A stretch of DNA of 63,912 nucleotides from Octopus bimaculoides (Eukaryota), in NCBI RefSeq assembly GCF_001194135.2, contig NC_068987.1, positions 21,630,364-21,694,275 on the forward strand, given 5' to 3'. The notes below the pieces were generated by a model. The model did not search any database and was not told where the DNA came from. It saw only the letters and a program-made list of their open reading frames with translations. A program made the translations under genes and the position numbers. Shown in pieces: positions 1 to 30,519 of the stretch. Every line of letters starts with the position of its first letter. Positions within the stretch are counted from its first letter, which is position 1.

Positions 1-69
1 ATTAAAGTGGTTCAAGATGTACTATATCTGAAGATAAAAATCAGCACAGTGTTGGGTTTTGTTTCCAGT

Positions 70-491
70 CCTTAAGGCCAATTTGAAGGAATCATTAGTT
101 CATTCATTAGACAAGATGCTTAGCAGCATTTCTTTCAACTCTGTTTTGAGTTCAAATTCTGTTCAGGTCTCCTTTGCCTCTTATCCTTTTGCAGTCAATG
201 AAATAAAGTTCCACTCAAGCACTGGTGTTGATGTAATCAACATTTCTTTCTCCCCTCAAAACTGATGGCCTTGCCAAAATTAGAATTTACCATTTCTAAA
301 TCTGTGCCTAAATTAGAACTTACTATTTCTAGCTCAGTTAATTTCTTTATGATAGCCCATGTGTGCAGAGTTGTAGGTATTTTTCAAGAAACTGCTGGTG
401 TAGTTCTTTTCACAGCTGGCTTTCAACCTGTCCATTCCATGAAATAGGAATATCACCAGGCTTTGAGCTCAGCAAGGCTGGGAGATATGTA
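70..491 (+). repeat. Near-identical duplicate of 5453-5972
   Basis: 70-168 matches 5453-5551 (1 mismatch seen); 360-491 matches 5842-5972 (identical by eye); 1-69 resembles 942-1008. Confidence 0.9.
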
Positions 492-1071
492 NNNNNNNNN
501 NAGTTATGACCTCTCAAAGTCTGGGGGGTAAAACCCTGTAGTTATGCCCATATTTCATGTGGATTCACACAATGAAAGAAGCTGATATTTGCCGCAAGCC
601 ATGCGACTGCAAAATAGTGTTAAATTTTTGATTTTCGGTTTGGTGAATGATTTTGAAATTTTGAAAATTTTTTTATGAATCCTACTGCGTTTTCTTTTTC
701 TTTCAAACGTACAAATTAAAAAAGTTAAAAATTAAAAATGAGAGACAATGTATTTGGAGTACATAATAATAATAATAAGATTGTGGCCGGTTATGTAGAG
801 GGCTTCAATCAGAACAGTGCTACAGTGCCTAAGTAAAATACAGCACAATCAAGAAGCTCTACATAGTTAACTGGCTTGCTGAAAATAGCTGTTTCATTTC
901 TTTCAAGTCTCACTAAAGTCTTAAAAAAGAAGGTTGGATAGATTAAAGTGGTCTAAGATGTACTATATCTGGATAAAAATCAGCACAGTGTTGGGTTTTG
1001 TTTCCAGTCAAGAGCACAGTGTCTTCTGTTAAGTGGTATATCCCCAAGATAATGTCTTCATATTCCACTAT

Positions 1072-1173
1072 TTAATCCCTTTTTGCCTGAGACTGCCCCT
1101 GGTTCTATGCTACAAACTTACTGCTTTACAGTGATTTAATTTGTTTGAAAGAAATGGTACCAAAAAGGGTTAA
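1072..1173. mobile_element. Short piggyBac-like MITE (TTAA...AAAGGG TTAA)
   Basis: Begins ttaatccc and ends ggtaccaaaaagggttaa; internal sequence related to 21762-21935. Confidence 0.5.
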
Positions 1174-1699
1174 ACACCACCACTATGTAACAACACCAAA
1201 GTTCTTTGATAAACAGTGATAGTTCATTTTTCAGATCATTTATTGAAAAGTATTTCCATTCGGTGTCAAGCTCCAAGCTTTATGTCATTTCTTCTCATAA
1301 TTTTAGATCTCTTAGGGGTACTGAAAAGTAATATACTTCATTGTTATGACTTGAAATCAGCACAAAACATATAAATATCTTTAGTCATTCAAAATATAAT
1401 TGCCATTATTAGTAATAATGATTTCCCACCTTGAAACCAGTTTTCTGATTCCTCAGGCAAAAATAACGGTGTGTTTAGGGTTTTAGTTGGCCTCAATCTA
1501 GCACTATATTTGATGAGCAGATTCTCTTTCCAATTTCAAACTGTATCATCCCTTCCCACTTATTTACTACTGATCATTCTTTCTATGCAACCAGTGTGGT
1601 GGTGGTGAAGACACAAAGATCACAAGGTTCCTGCTTTTTCCTCCCACATAAATAAATTTGAGGTTTCATGCTTATGTGTAAAGAAGGGAAAATGAAAAT

Positions 1700-2420
1700 T
1701 GTTTTTCTCACTAGATCTGAGTGAACACCGGAGATACATCTGAATACTAAATTCAGCTTTGTTGATTGTATGTGGAGTTGATAACTGCTTCTCCACCCAT
1801 TCACATTACTCACTCCCATTTTTCCATATCTGTCTTGAAACTTGAGAAGCTAAGTCACCAGAAGTTATTTCATTTGTGCATTATTATGGGGTTCAGGAGA
1901 ACTGCTAAAATACTACCTAACTCTTCAGTCTTATAAGCATCAAATCCCAGGTATTTTCAGTATCATCTACCCTATATTTGAACATTATTAAAAAGACGAA
2001 AAGTAAAAATTTCTGGAGTGTGGGTGGAACCAAGTGTGCAGGTTGATGGTAACACAATACTATCTGAAATTATTAAATTTTTCCCCGAACGCAATTTAAT
2101 TTTTTTAGAGCTACTTCATAATAGAAACAGAGGTCTTCTTTCTCTCTCTTCATATATTTATACACCTACACCTACACCCTATGAGTCTCTTTTGTTCATC
2201 TGTCAAATGAAAATGTTCACCACTTTCTGAAATCTAGTGACGAATCTCACCACATTCCTACAGTTCTGATTGGTGTGAAGGATGATTGTGATGCATACAG
2301 TGCTATTGGTATTTAATAAAAAGCAGACTTGTGATGGCTGTCCAGTCATGACCATCCTAGGCTGACGGCTATCTAGAACTATATTATCTAATGCTTTTCC
2401 ATCCAAATTTTTTGATTAAT
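1700..2420 (-). mobile_element. Highly decayed mariner-like transposase remnant
   Basis: Broken minus-strand frames give DNIVLDSRQ, TIILH, LTDEQKRL and CVTINLHTWFH, resembling the mariner HTH/linker and first catalytic motif. Confidence 0.4.
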
Positions 2421-4964
2421 CATACATTGTCTTGTAGCTTCAAAATTCTGATGGTGTAAGTGTATATTTTATAATGGCATTGAAGGATAGGTGTGATAGG
2501 CTGCATCTGGTTGGTTAGACCAGATATGGCCAGTTTATATGTTAAAGGGCTAAGTTAATAGTGTGAGTTTGAGATTTGGCTGCTATTTTTAGTTTGAGTC
2601 ATTACAGAGTGAATCTTTTGTTCTTTTGCTTTCTTGCCATATTAGTGTGTAGGTAGAAGGATTTCTAGATTGCCATTGTCTTTCCTTAGAACCTTTTAAT
2701 ACTGACCCACTTAAGACCATTCCTGGTCTTGTGATAGAAGCTTCCAGTTATAATTCTTTTGTTATATTTCTGTTGAAATATAACCTCTTTCAATTAATTT
2801 TGAAAATAATGGACTTAGTCAAATACCTTTGTCAATTGTTAAGCTTGTGTTTTTTAAATATGAAATTTTGGTGGCAGTTTTTTTAATTTTAATTTTTTAA
2901 GTTGATTTAAGTGTAGTAGGAAGCTTGTATCGAAGAACCAGAGATGGTGTCAGAAAAGTTTAAAGTGATCTAAATTCAAAACTTTACATCAAAATTTTAT
3001 GTTCTAAACACTAGCTTAAAAATGAAAATGATTTTATTAATTTCTTCATTTCAAAAAATATTAAAGACTGTGACTCAACAGAAATGTGTTGACTAAAGAG
3101 TTAAATATTGTATTTCTGTAATATTGAAACCCCTTTCTACCAAGCTACATTTTATATTTTTTTAAGCAAGTTCAAATCTTGCCAATGTTGACTTTCAGCT
3201 TTTATCCTTCTGGGAGTTGATTAGAGATCATTGAGAGCTGCGTGGTGACTAAAACAACAATGCAATCAATCTAAATGCATTAGAAGGTTTTAGCTACAAC
3301 CCTTAAAAGTTTGGTTTGAAGTCACCATATGGTTCCTCTGCCGCCACACAAGAATTACACTGGCATAAAGATCATTAGTTTTAGGAATGGTGTGTCAAAA
3401 CGAACATTTCAAAGTATTTTATTTCTTATTCAAACTTTATTCTATTTAATTATAATGCAGGTGTGACTGCATTTAAGAAGCTTGGTTCCCAATCATGTGA
3501 CCTTGGGTTCAGTTCCAGTGTGTGATACCTTGGATATTTTCTTATATAACCCCAGGCTAACCAAAGCCTTGTGAGTGGGTTTTGTAGAAGGAAACTGAAA
3601 GAGGCCTATTTGTATATGTCTTTGTATATACTATTCCCTTGACATCCCATGATGGTTGTAATTTAGTATCATGGTTTAACATCCATTCTTCATGCTGGCA
3701 TAGGCTGGGCAGTTTGACAGAAGCTGGCTGCCCAGGTTCCATGTCTGTTTTGGCATGGTTTCTACAGCTGGATGCTCTTCTTAACACCAACCACTTAACA
3801 GTATACTGGGTGCTTTTACATGCCACTGATATGGGTGCTTTTTATGTGGCCCCAGCACCCATGAGTCCCAGGCCATGAGGAAGTATTAACTTACTTGGAA
3901 ACAGGTGAGGGTGGTGACAAGGAAGGGTATTTCATCTGAAAATTTTACCTCTACTAATTCTGCTTACCTTGTACAAGCAGGGAAAAGAAGACATTAAACA
4001 ATGAGGGAGTCATTGGGAAAATACTGTAAGCTGATGAACATCCTCCTATAATGTTGCAATCACACGAACTTGTCTTAAAAGACTGTATCCTGTTCATTTG
4101 GTCAGCTGTTGTTCTTAATTGATTATCATAGTTTGGTTGTTCTTTGTGCAGTGAACTATGTTGGAGACACCTCAAAACTTCAGTAATGGCATATAAAGTA
4201 TTAAGCTTTTAGACAATTTGATTATTATCGCTTCACATCACAGCCCTAGTTAGTTTTATCCTGTTTTATAAATTTTGCCACAAGAGTCTGCCTTTCCATG
4301 TGTAAGACTCATCATGATGATCATTGTTTAATGTCTACTTTTCAAGTTTGCGTAAAGCAGACAAAATCTGCTGAGGCAGATTTTGTTTATGATTGGATGC
4401 TATTTCTGTTGCTATAGCCCTTTGAACACACAATATAATGACTGGATATGTTTTCTTAAAAGATTGCAAACAAATATGTCAGTACTTGTTTTGATGGTGA
4501 CGTCAAGAGGTAAAGAATGATACACACACATGACAGGCTTTTTAACTGTTGGTCTACCAAATTCACTTGCAAAGTTTTGGTCAATCTAAGGGTTATGGAA
4601 GTAAACCGTCACTCAAGACGCCACACTATATGAGAACCTGAAACCACAGGCTTGTGAGACTGTATCTGCCACAAATAAGGGTATTGTCGATCAAATCAAC
4701 CTTTAGTACATCTTCAGTGGTTTCAATGTTAGTGTAGGCTACTTGTGAGAGGCCAGTTTGAATGTAAAACATGTAGAATATTTGAGCCGGTTTTGGCTGG
4801 TTTAAATGCTGAAGGATTAAATCTACTAAGGATTTGAATTTAAAATGTGTCACCTACCAATGTAAGTGATGTTAGTAGTATTGTTGTCACTAATTAATAT
4901 ATTTCTCAGTTTTCTTACCAATATCAGTTAATCATTTTCATTAGCACAATTTTTTTTATGTTGA

Positions 4965-22380
<17,416 letters not shown>

Positions 22381-22637
22381 ATGAACAGCTAAGAGAAAGT
22401 GACTGACAAAAATAAGACACTGATGATGTCATTGATGCCAGCAATCCACTCCCACCCCTCCTTTCTTCTCTCTCTCACACACACCCTCCAATTTCTATCT
22501 TTGTGTTGTTCTTCCCAAGGAGGCATGTGTGAGAAATTCCCACATTTAAAACAAACTTACATCATACATTTGGTGGGATCAACCCAAACACGACGAATTC
22601 AATACAATTAATAATAATAATAATAATAATAACAATA

Positions 22638-23428
22638 NNNNNNNNNNNNNNNNNNNNNNNNNNNNNNNNNNNNNNNNNNNNNNNNNNNNNNNNNNNNNNN
22701 NNNNNNNNNNNNNNNNNNNNNNNNNNNNNNNNNNNNNNNNNNNNNNNNNNNNNNNNNNNNNNNNNNNNNNNNNNNNNNNNNNNNNNNNNNNNNNNNNNNN
22801 NNNNNNNNNNNNNNNNNNNNNNNNNNNNNNNNNNNNNNNNNNNNNNNNNNNNNNNNNNNNNNNNNNNNNNNNNNNNNNNNNNNNNNNNNNNNNNNNNNNN
22901 NNNNNNNNNNNNNNNNNNNNNNNNNNNNNNNNNNNNNNNNNNNNNNNNNNNNNNNNNNNNNNNNNNNNNNNNNNNNNNNNNNNNNNNNNNNNNNNNNNNN
23001 NNNNNNNNNNNNNNNNNNNNNNNNNNNNNNNNNNNNNNNNNNNNNNNNNNNNNNNNNNNNNNNNNNNNNNNNNNNNNNNNNNNNNNNNNNNNNNNNNNNN
23101 NNNNNNNNNNNNNNNNNNNNNNNNNNNNNNNNNNNNNNNNNNNNNNNNNNNNNNNNNNNNNNNNNNNNNNNNNNNNNNNNNNNNNNNNNNNNNNNNNNNN
23201 NNNNNNNNNNNNNNNNNNNNNNNNNNNNNNNNNNNNNNNNNNNNNNNNNNNNNNNNNNNNNNNNNNNNNNNNNNNNNNNNNNNNNNNNNNNNNNNNNNNN
23301 NNNNNNNNNNNNNNNNNNNNNNNNNNNNNNNNNNNNNNNNNNNNNNNNNNNNNNNNNNNNNNNNNNNNNNNNNNNNNNNNNNNNNNNNNNNNNNNNNNNN
23401 NNNNNNNNNNNNNNNNNNNNNNNNNNNN
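22638..23428. other. Assembly gap (791 N) in the PRMT1 3' region; other gaps at 492-501, 5552-5841, 38765-39086
   Basis: N runs; this one follows an (AAT)n tract. Confidence 1.
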
Positions 23429-23959
23429 ACACCATGAAAGAAGAGTAAAAGGTTTCTCAAGCTCTTTCCTCCCTCTCATCTGAAATAAAAAAAGTTCAAT
23501 ATTCAACATTTAGGCAAGGACTAATTGTCAGCAGGACATTTCCTTATTTTTTTAAAAATATTTTTCTTAACTTTTTTCTTTTTAAAGTTTTGCTGCTGCT
23601 ATGGTTGTTTTATACTTTAAAGCAAAAAAAAAATTAAAAGTTGTCTTGCTGGGAATTATAATAATAATGACGGTGATCATATCTGGTTTACTTGTTTCTG
23701 CTTTTCAACCTTCAGCTACAATTCTTGTGGTTATGACTAAAAAAAAAAAAAAAAAAGGAAAAAATTGATACACAGCTCTGCTGAGCTGCTCCTGAGAATT
23801 ACAAATCTGCAGGTTCTATCTTCCAACTAATATATAAGATCTGAATCTACACAACTACAGCATAGATAATATATTAAGTTACATTGTTGTTCACAGCAAG
23901 TAATCCGAGAATGACACTATTAAGCAGCTGTTACACATTGTGCATGTCTATACACACAC

Positions 23960-24087
23960 TATATATATGTATATATATATGTGTGTGTGTGTATATATAT
24001 ATATACATACATACATACAAATCTGTGTATATGCAGACATGCACAATGTGTAACAGTTGTTCAATTATGCATTAGTGTGTGTATGTT

Positions 24088-24165
<78 letters not shown>
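23960..24165. repeat. (AT)n/(GT)n/(ATAC)n microsatellite cluster
   Basis: Direct inspection. Confidence 0.95.
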
Positions 24166-24166
<1 letters not shown>

Positions 24167-24819
24167 TAATTTTAATATCCGCTTTGCCATGTTTGTATGT
24201 GTCAACTCTTTGAAGATTTTCTAGTCAGATGCCTTTCCTGTCATCATCTCGCACTTGTTTCCATCCAAGCAAATTAATATTCTGCCCATGGTCAGACATA
24301 TTTTTGTAGAATATTTGAAATGAATGGTACTGCTTGTATGACACTGATACTCATTTACAACTACCACACAATGTCATACAAGGAGAGGTAAGCATATATA
24401 CAGACTTCTTTCAGTTTTCACTCAAGGCTTTTGGTTAGCCCCACTATTTAGTACTAGAAACTTTATCAAGTTGCCACTGTGTGGTTGGTAAGCAAACTTC
24501 TTACCACACAGCTACACACCTGTTCCCTTGGAGCTGTCTAACGCATGTCTTGATCTGAGATCATGTGTTGAAACGAGGAAGAGTCATTGTAACCATTTTG
24601 ATAACAAAACTCTTCCAATGTATTTCATGAAGTATCAACATTTTCCTTGCACAACTGTAACCTGATTACTACTACAGATCTATTGCACTTGTGTCAGGGA
24701 TAAGATGCATCAAGGGTTTTAATGCTACATAAAATTCGTTTAGAGTTCTTAAATGGCTTTTTGGCACGGTAGTTTCTAATAAATAAATATATATAATATA
24801 TATGAATTAGCTTAGATTC

Positions 24820-25372
24820 ATATAAATTTCTCAAATGCGTCCTCTGGTCATTTTGTTAGAGTTTGTTTTTACCCGAATTTTGCTAATCATATCTTTATTT
24901 TATATATATATATATATATATGAAATACAAAAATGGGACAAGAATGCAAAACATCCAGGCAGACGATACAAAGAAAACAAGGGCGGGTCATTTGGGGTTT
25001 TCTATCCTCAGTCGAGTTCCAAATTATGTTTGCAATTTCGGCTGGTTATACTCGAGATTGCTCCAATCTGGCCAGCCCCAAGGAAAAACTAAGCTAAGAG
25101 CATTAGATTCCTTGGAAGAAAGCAGCGAATGTATACAAAAACAAGGACAGTAAAAAACAGAAATGTTACACAAATACAAATGCAATTAACAGGACATAAC
25201 AACAGGTGTCTTTCTACTAAGGGCGAATTAAATTAAGCTGGCGTGTATGGAAGTAAAGCCTTACGGTAGGGACATAGGATTTAACAAGCACAGGGACGAA
25301 TATGGATAGTAGTCGAACCGAGAAAGGAAGGTCAGACCTGGCCAAACCCCAGTCACGTGGGGAGAGAAGAGA
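24820..25372. repeat. Unclassified, CpG-retaining interspersed repeat (probably young)
   Basis: High-complexity block bounded by (AT)n tracts, many CpGs in otherwise depleted DNA, no protein motif recognised. Confidence 0.35.
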
Positions 25373-27068
25373 TATATGTGTGTGTATGTGTATGTATCTA
25401 CCTTATATATATATATATATATATATACATACACATACATAATTATATAGATATAATTACAATTAAGTGTATTGAGAAATAGCACCTATGTGCTAGAAAT
25501 AGAAGTTAAGAGACCCTAAAACACCACTTCAAATTACATTCTACCAGCACAAAGCTGAAAGTAGACAAATAAAAAAACTGGATTTAGTAAAATCTATCTT
25601 ATTCATTTGCCCGCTTTCAGCCTCAAGTTGGTTTTTTTTTATTTGACGTCTATTTCTAGTGTGTAGGTGCTGTTTCTCAATACCCTTAATTTTAATTATA
25701 TCTATATAATTGTGTTTGCCTATATGGTTTCTTATATGCTGGCCTCTGATAAGATCATTAATTTATTTTATTCTTATATATACTTGTATATATTCGTTGA
25801 TTGAATAATGTTTGTGTAACTGTATTTACCAGGGCATAATATCTAGCTGCTTATATTATTTTTTTCCATTCATAACGATATCCTCCTATCTTGGAGAAAA
25901 AAAAATCTTTACTTTATGAAGTGCTTTTGTGTAAGCAAAATAATTCATTTGAAAATCTGAGCATCTGTCTCATTTTTATATTTGATCACCTGTTTCTCCC
26001 AGGCAATTAATATGCTTTCACTCCACATTCTTGTATTGGTAGTTAAACCTGCCCAAGTTGACTTTCAACATTGCCATTGACTCTTCCAGGATTCGTTCAT
26101 AGCCACAATTAAATGATCCAAGCCAAAAGTAAATGAATTTTCTATATTTGAGTGGTAGACTTCAGTAATAGGTTTAGCCATGTTTTTTATCTTCACTACA
26201 CAATGACATTTTGAACACATCACGTGTATGCCTCTCACTGCGAACCAATCTGGTAAAGTGTCCTATATTGTTTGTAGCCTGAAATTGAGCAAAGCTTTGT
26301 GAGTGGATTTTGTAGATGAAATCTCAAAAAAAGTCTATATTGTGTATGCGTGTAATCTTCCATGCTGTCATGGGTTGTGCAGTGTGATGGGATCCAACAG
26401 GTCTGAAGACTGCATTATGTGCTAATGTCTACTTGGCGTGTGTATGTGTGTTGTAGTAGATATGACTGTATCTTACCATAACAGAGGCAATGTTATTTAC
26501 TTCTAGTATTCCCTGAAGATATGTCTGGCCATTAAAGAGTGTTACGTAGATTGGAAGCAGTTGTGGATTACTGATATGAAAGGGTTCTGACTAGAAAATC
26601 TCCCTCCATGAATTCTGTCTGACCAATGGAAAGGTGGATGCTAAATGAGAGTATAATATAGAAACATGGTCTAATGATTCTAAGAAATTTGCTCCATGAC
26701 CACATTCTCCTGGGTTTGATTAAATTACATGTCATTTTCTATTGCCTCAGGTGAACCCATAATGAATGAAATTGTGTAGACTCTATATAGAAGTCTGGCA
26801 GATGGCTTATACTTGTAATTTAAAAGATAGCAACCATGTTATACTGTTCCTACTTGAAAATTCCATTAAGGATATATGTTTGGAATACACAGCCACTTAA
26901 ACTCTTTATTGGATGGGTTGGTATTTCAGTTGATGGGGAAAACTGAATCCTCTTCATCAAAATTGATAAAGATTCATATATGCATAAACTTGCATGCAGA
27001 CACATCACTACCTTTACATATATATTGTGCAGATTTGTAATGTATGTGTGTATATGCACATACATTAT

Positions 27069-27293
27069 TCAACCCTTTAACATTTAAACGGGCCATATCT
27101 GGCCCAAATATTCTTCCTCTTTGATGTTTAAACTAGCCAGATCCGGTGTCTGACATATGTCCTACAATATCTTTCTAACAATATGCAATCACATCATCAA
27201 AATCTCAAGGCTACAAAACAATGCATGATTAATTAAAAACTGTGATTAAATATGCATTATATTTGATAAGTAATTTGAATACTAACAGGTTAA
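27069..27293 (+). mobile_element. TTAA-MITE, second family
   Basis: aaccctttaacatttaaacgggccatatctggcccaaatatt...caggttaa is the reverse complement of the 7827-8025 pattern. Confidence 0.6.
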
Positions 27294-28699
27294 ATTTTCT
27301 GAAAATTCAGTTTTCTCAACCTACAGAAGTTGAATGTTAATGGTGTTAGTGGATGGTAAGGAAAATGGTTGCTGGGTAAGAACCAATCTGCTGCTGAATT
27401 GGACTTACTGCTATGGACAATGTTGGTGCTAGATTTTCTTTCTTTTAAGTTGCTGCAGCTGTAGGTGTATTCGTGTTGGTTGATGATGATGATAATAGAT
27501 GTGAAGCTGGTTGTTTTGAAATCAAACTGCTTTAGATTTCTTTGCTTCCTCATTTATCTCAGTTTATTTATCCAAATTCTGCGTCAGAAGTATTGCTCAT
27601 GGCAGGGTACAGGCCATGGCTTGGCCTGAAATATTTTGTTTAGTAACATTAAACATGAGAGATTTCCTTTCATAGTCTCATTCTCTTTCCCTCCCCTCCC
27701 CCCGTTGTATTCCATTGAGAGTTTTTCGTAAAAGCTTCCAGTGATTGTCAAAAAAACTTCAGGTTTTCCCCTTAATGAATAAATCTTGGCTAAGCTTTTC
27801 CAAATTGCCACTGCAGTGTCCACTGACCACTTAAAATTTCATTAAATTATATTTTAAAGTTTTGTATCTTTTTATAGAGAAGCAGGGAAGAAACTATTTC
27901 CTTCTCCACTACCACCACCACATCATCATCAAGTCTTAGTTTACTAACTTTCAGTGTGCTTGCAGTTTTTATATACATAAAGGAAAAATTCAACTAAAAT
28001 TCTCATACACCTCACAATAAACATAAATCTTATTCTCATTTTCATATGCATGTTCTTTTTTTTTCTCTCTCTCTCTCAAGGAAGATTATAATTAGGACAT
28101 CAACCATTGACCAATTTATCCTAATGTAATTCTTAGCTGAGTAAGGGAGAAATATCTGTCTTTATTAGCTTCAGTCTTAAGCTGGCAGAATCGTTAGCAC
28201 TCCAAGCAAAATGCCTAGCGGTATTTCATCCATTATGTTCTGAGTTCAACTTAGACTTTTACCCTTTTGGGGTTGATACAATAAGTCTTGTTGGTTTCTA
28301 ATGGCATAAAAATATCATTTAGCTTTTACTTCTCTTTCTGATGGTTGTTATTCTGTGGATACTTGAAACTGCCTGTCAAGGGCAGAAATTGACGAGGTGA
28401 ATGTCCTTGATATAAGTTTAAGTACATTTGACTTACAATCAACCATAATATACGAGGTTGTAGACTTCATTACTAATTAACGCAAAATACTGATGAATTA
28501 TCTGATCTTTACCAGCCTGCAAATAGGTGTAAAATAGCAATGATACATGATTTTTCATGGTTCTTAATCCACCTCTCAATCCTTACACTATCCTGCAATT
28601 CTTTTTACTAACCCATCTGACTACTTTTTCCATGGCCCTTCTATTATCTGCTCCCCTCTATACTGTCTTGACCTTCTGCTGTGCATGTGCACTAAGTTT

Positions 28700-29270
28700 T
28701 AATGTTCTAGCTCACTTTCGCTGTTTACAGTAGTGCTTGGAAGGAAGGTATGTAGTGTGTGATTGTCGCATTGAACATGACAAAGTTGTCACGGCGATGC
28801 CTGCTCAGTGGCCTACACAAAGTTGTAGACAGTGTACAAGTGGTTCAGACGTTTCCAAGATGGCTGAAAAAATATTGATATTAATGAATGTTTTCGGAGA
28901 CCTTCAACCAGTAGAACTGAGTAAAACATTGCAGTTGTGTGGGGCAATCGCTGAATCATGTTAGCACTCCAAGCAAAATGCCTAGCGGGGGTTGATACAA
29001 TAAGTCTTGTTGGTTTCTAATGACATAAAAATATCATTTAGCTTTAACTTCTCTTTCTGATGGTTGTTATTCTGTGGATACTTGAAACTGCTTGTCAAGG
29101 GCAGAAATTGAAGAGGTGAATGTCCTTGAGTTATCAGAGGATGTACAGATTAGTCACGGTTCAGTTCAGTCCATTATCACTGAAAATTTGGGTATGATAT
29201 GCGTGTCTGCCAAAACTGCTTTTAGCTGACCAAAAAGACACTTGGGTTTCGGATGCACAAGATCTTGTGT
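28700..29270 (+). mobile_element. Mariner transposase N-terminal remnant, interrupted at 28960-29129
   Basis: VYKWFRRFQDG...RPSTSRTE..., then ELSEDVQISHGSVQSIITENLGMICVSAK after the insert. Confidence 0.7.
28960..29129 (+). repeat. Direct copy of 28193-28410 with a ~48-bp deletion
   Basis: gttagcactccaagcaaaatgcctagc...gaggtgaatgtccttga occurs twice. Confidence 0.9.
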
Positions 29271-29289
29271 TGAGAACAATGAAAACTTT

Positions 29290-29498
29290 GCATAGGCCTC
29301 TGAGAAGATATCATCAAGCTTTTGGCAAAGTTTGATGCAGATTCTCTGCTCAACTTTCTGTCATGGTCAATGTGATGATCACATATTACACACCTTCCTT
29401 CCAAGAACTGCTGTAAACAGGAAGTGAGCTAGAATGTTAAGACGTGCTTTAGCTTCATTACTATAGCAAGTCCGGATACTTATTGATCAAACCACATA
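29290..29498 (-). mobile_element. Mariner 5' end with TIR
   Basis: TA followed by tgtggtttgatcaataagtatccggact (minus). The downstream leader matches 28700-28790. Confidence 0.65.
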
Positions 29499-29649
29499 TT
29501 AAAATGGTATTTATTTCTAAATTGCAGGCATGTGATTTGTTCAGAATTTCTTAAAGGTTGTATTCATGCAGTTAACAGGCACTGTCAAACTTTAAAGATT
29601 GAGATCTAAGTCCATCCAGGGGAAATCATGTTTAATAAAAAAAACTTAT

Positions 29650-30519
29650 TTCCCCAAGTTTCAACACCATCTTCGTTAAACAGTCACTGCGCAGCAATAC
29701 AAGTTCCAGTTTTTGGAACATGGTTGTTTTCCGTAAACAAGTTGAGGACCTGTGATTCGCTATGGATCTTGTTGACACCTTTTGAGCTAGTTTCATGGGG
29801 AAGGGATGGAAGTCCATGTGCTAAATCTGGTGAATAGGGTGGGTGCAGAAGAAATACCATGTTTTACATGAGAAACTCGCAAGTGAAGAGAGGTCAGTGA
29901 TGGTGCATTGTCATAAAGAATCCAACCTGGTAGCTTTCGCTGATTGTCCTTCAAATACTTCCAAACATTGCAGTAGAACTCTTGATTGATGTGTGTGAGG
30001 GGAGGGGATATCTCAATGCAAAATACCAATTTCCAGGAGTGACACCTGTAGCAGGTCTTCCAAGGACTTCAGCTTTTGAAGCACCCATGCCACTTGAAAC
30101 ATTGCATACGACCCATTGCCTTGTCACTGTAAGCTTGCTAAAGCATGCTTAATGTCCCTGTAACAGACTTCCAAGGTGAACCCTTTGAGCGCTGACTTCC
30201 TGAACCTAATTTGGCCATATACCTGGTACTCCACTGGTAGAGCAGTGCTATGGTATAGAGTAAAATAAGCCAGCCACTGGTAGACCAGTGTTACGGTCTC
30301 ACAGGATTAATGCAGAATTTTACATTAGCTCTTAGTTCCAACTTCTTGTCCCTGATGAAATTGGAGACTGCAACAAACACCTGATCACAACTTGCAAAGT
30401 AAATGCAGTGATGTCACTCTGCACATTGCCTTATGAAGTTCACTACACATGCAACTGTGTGCTGCCATCTGTTGGTGCACTATAGGACTATTGCAGGATC
30501 TTTTTGATACCACCTCATA
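29650..30519 (-). mobile_element. Internally deleted mariner element
   Basis: TA followed by tgaggtggtatcaaaaagatcc TIR-like start. Broken frames MGRMQCFKWH, INQEFYCNV, WILYDNAP (second catalytic D). Confidence 0.7.

Noticed and set aside
271-331. ~33-bp tandem duplication giving PKLEFTIS/PKLELTIS
   Set aside because: Two units only, inside a SINE-flanked duplicated segment; not coding and not a CRISPR-like array.
27290-27823. Two minus-strand ORFs and splice-like sites between the convergent genes
   Set aside because: No domain similarity and no coherent acceptor/donor pair.
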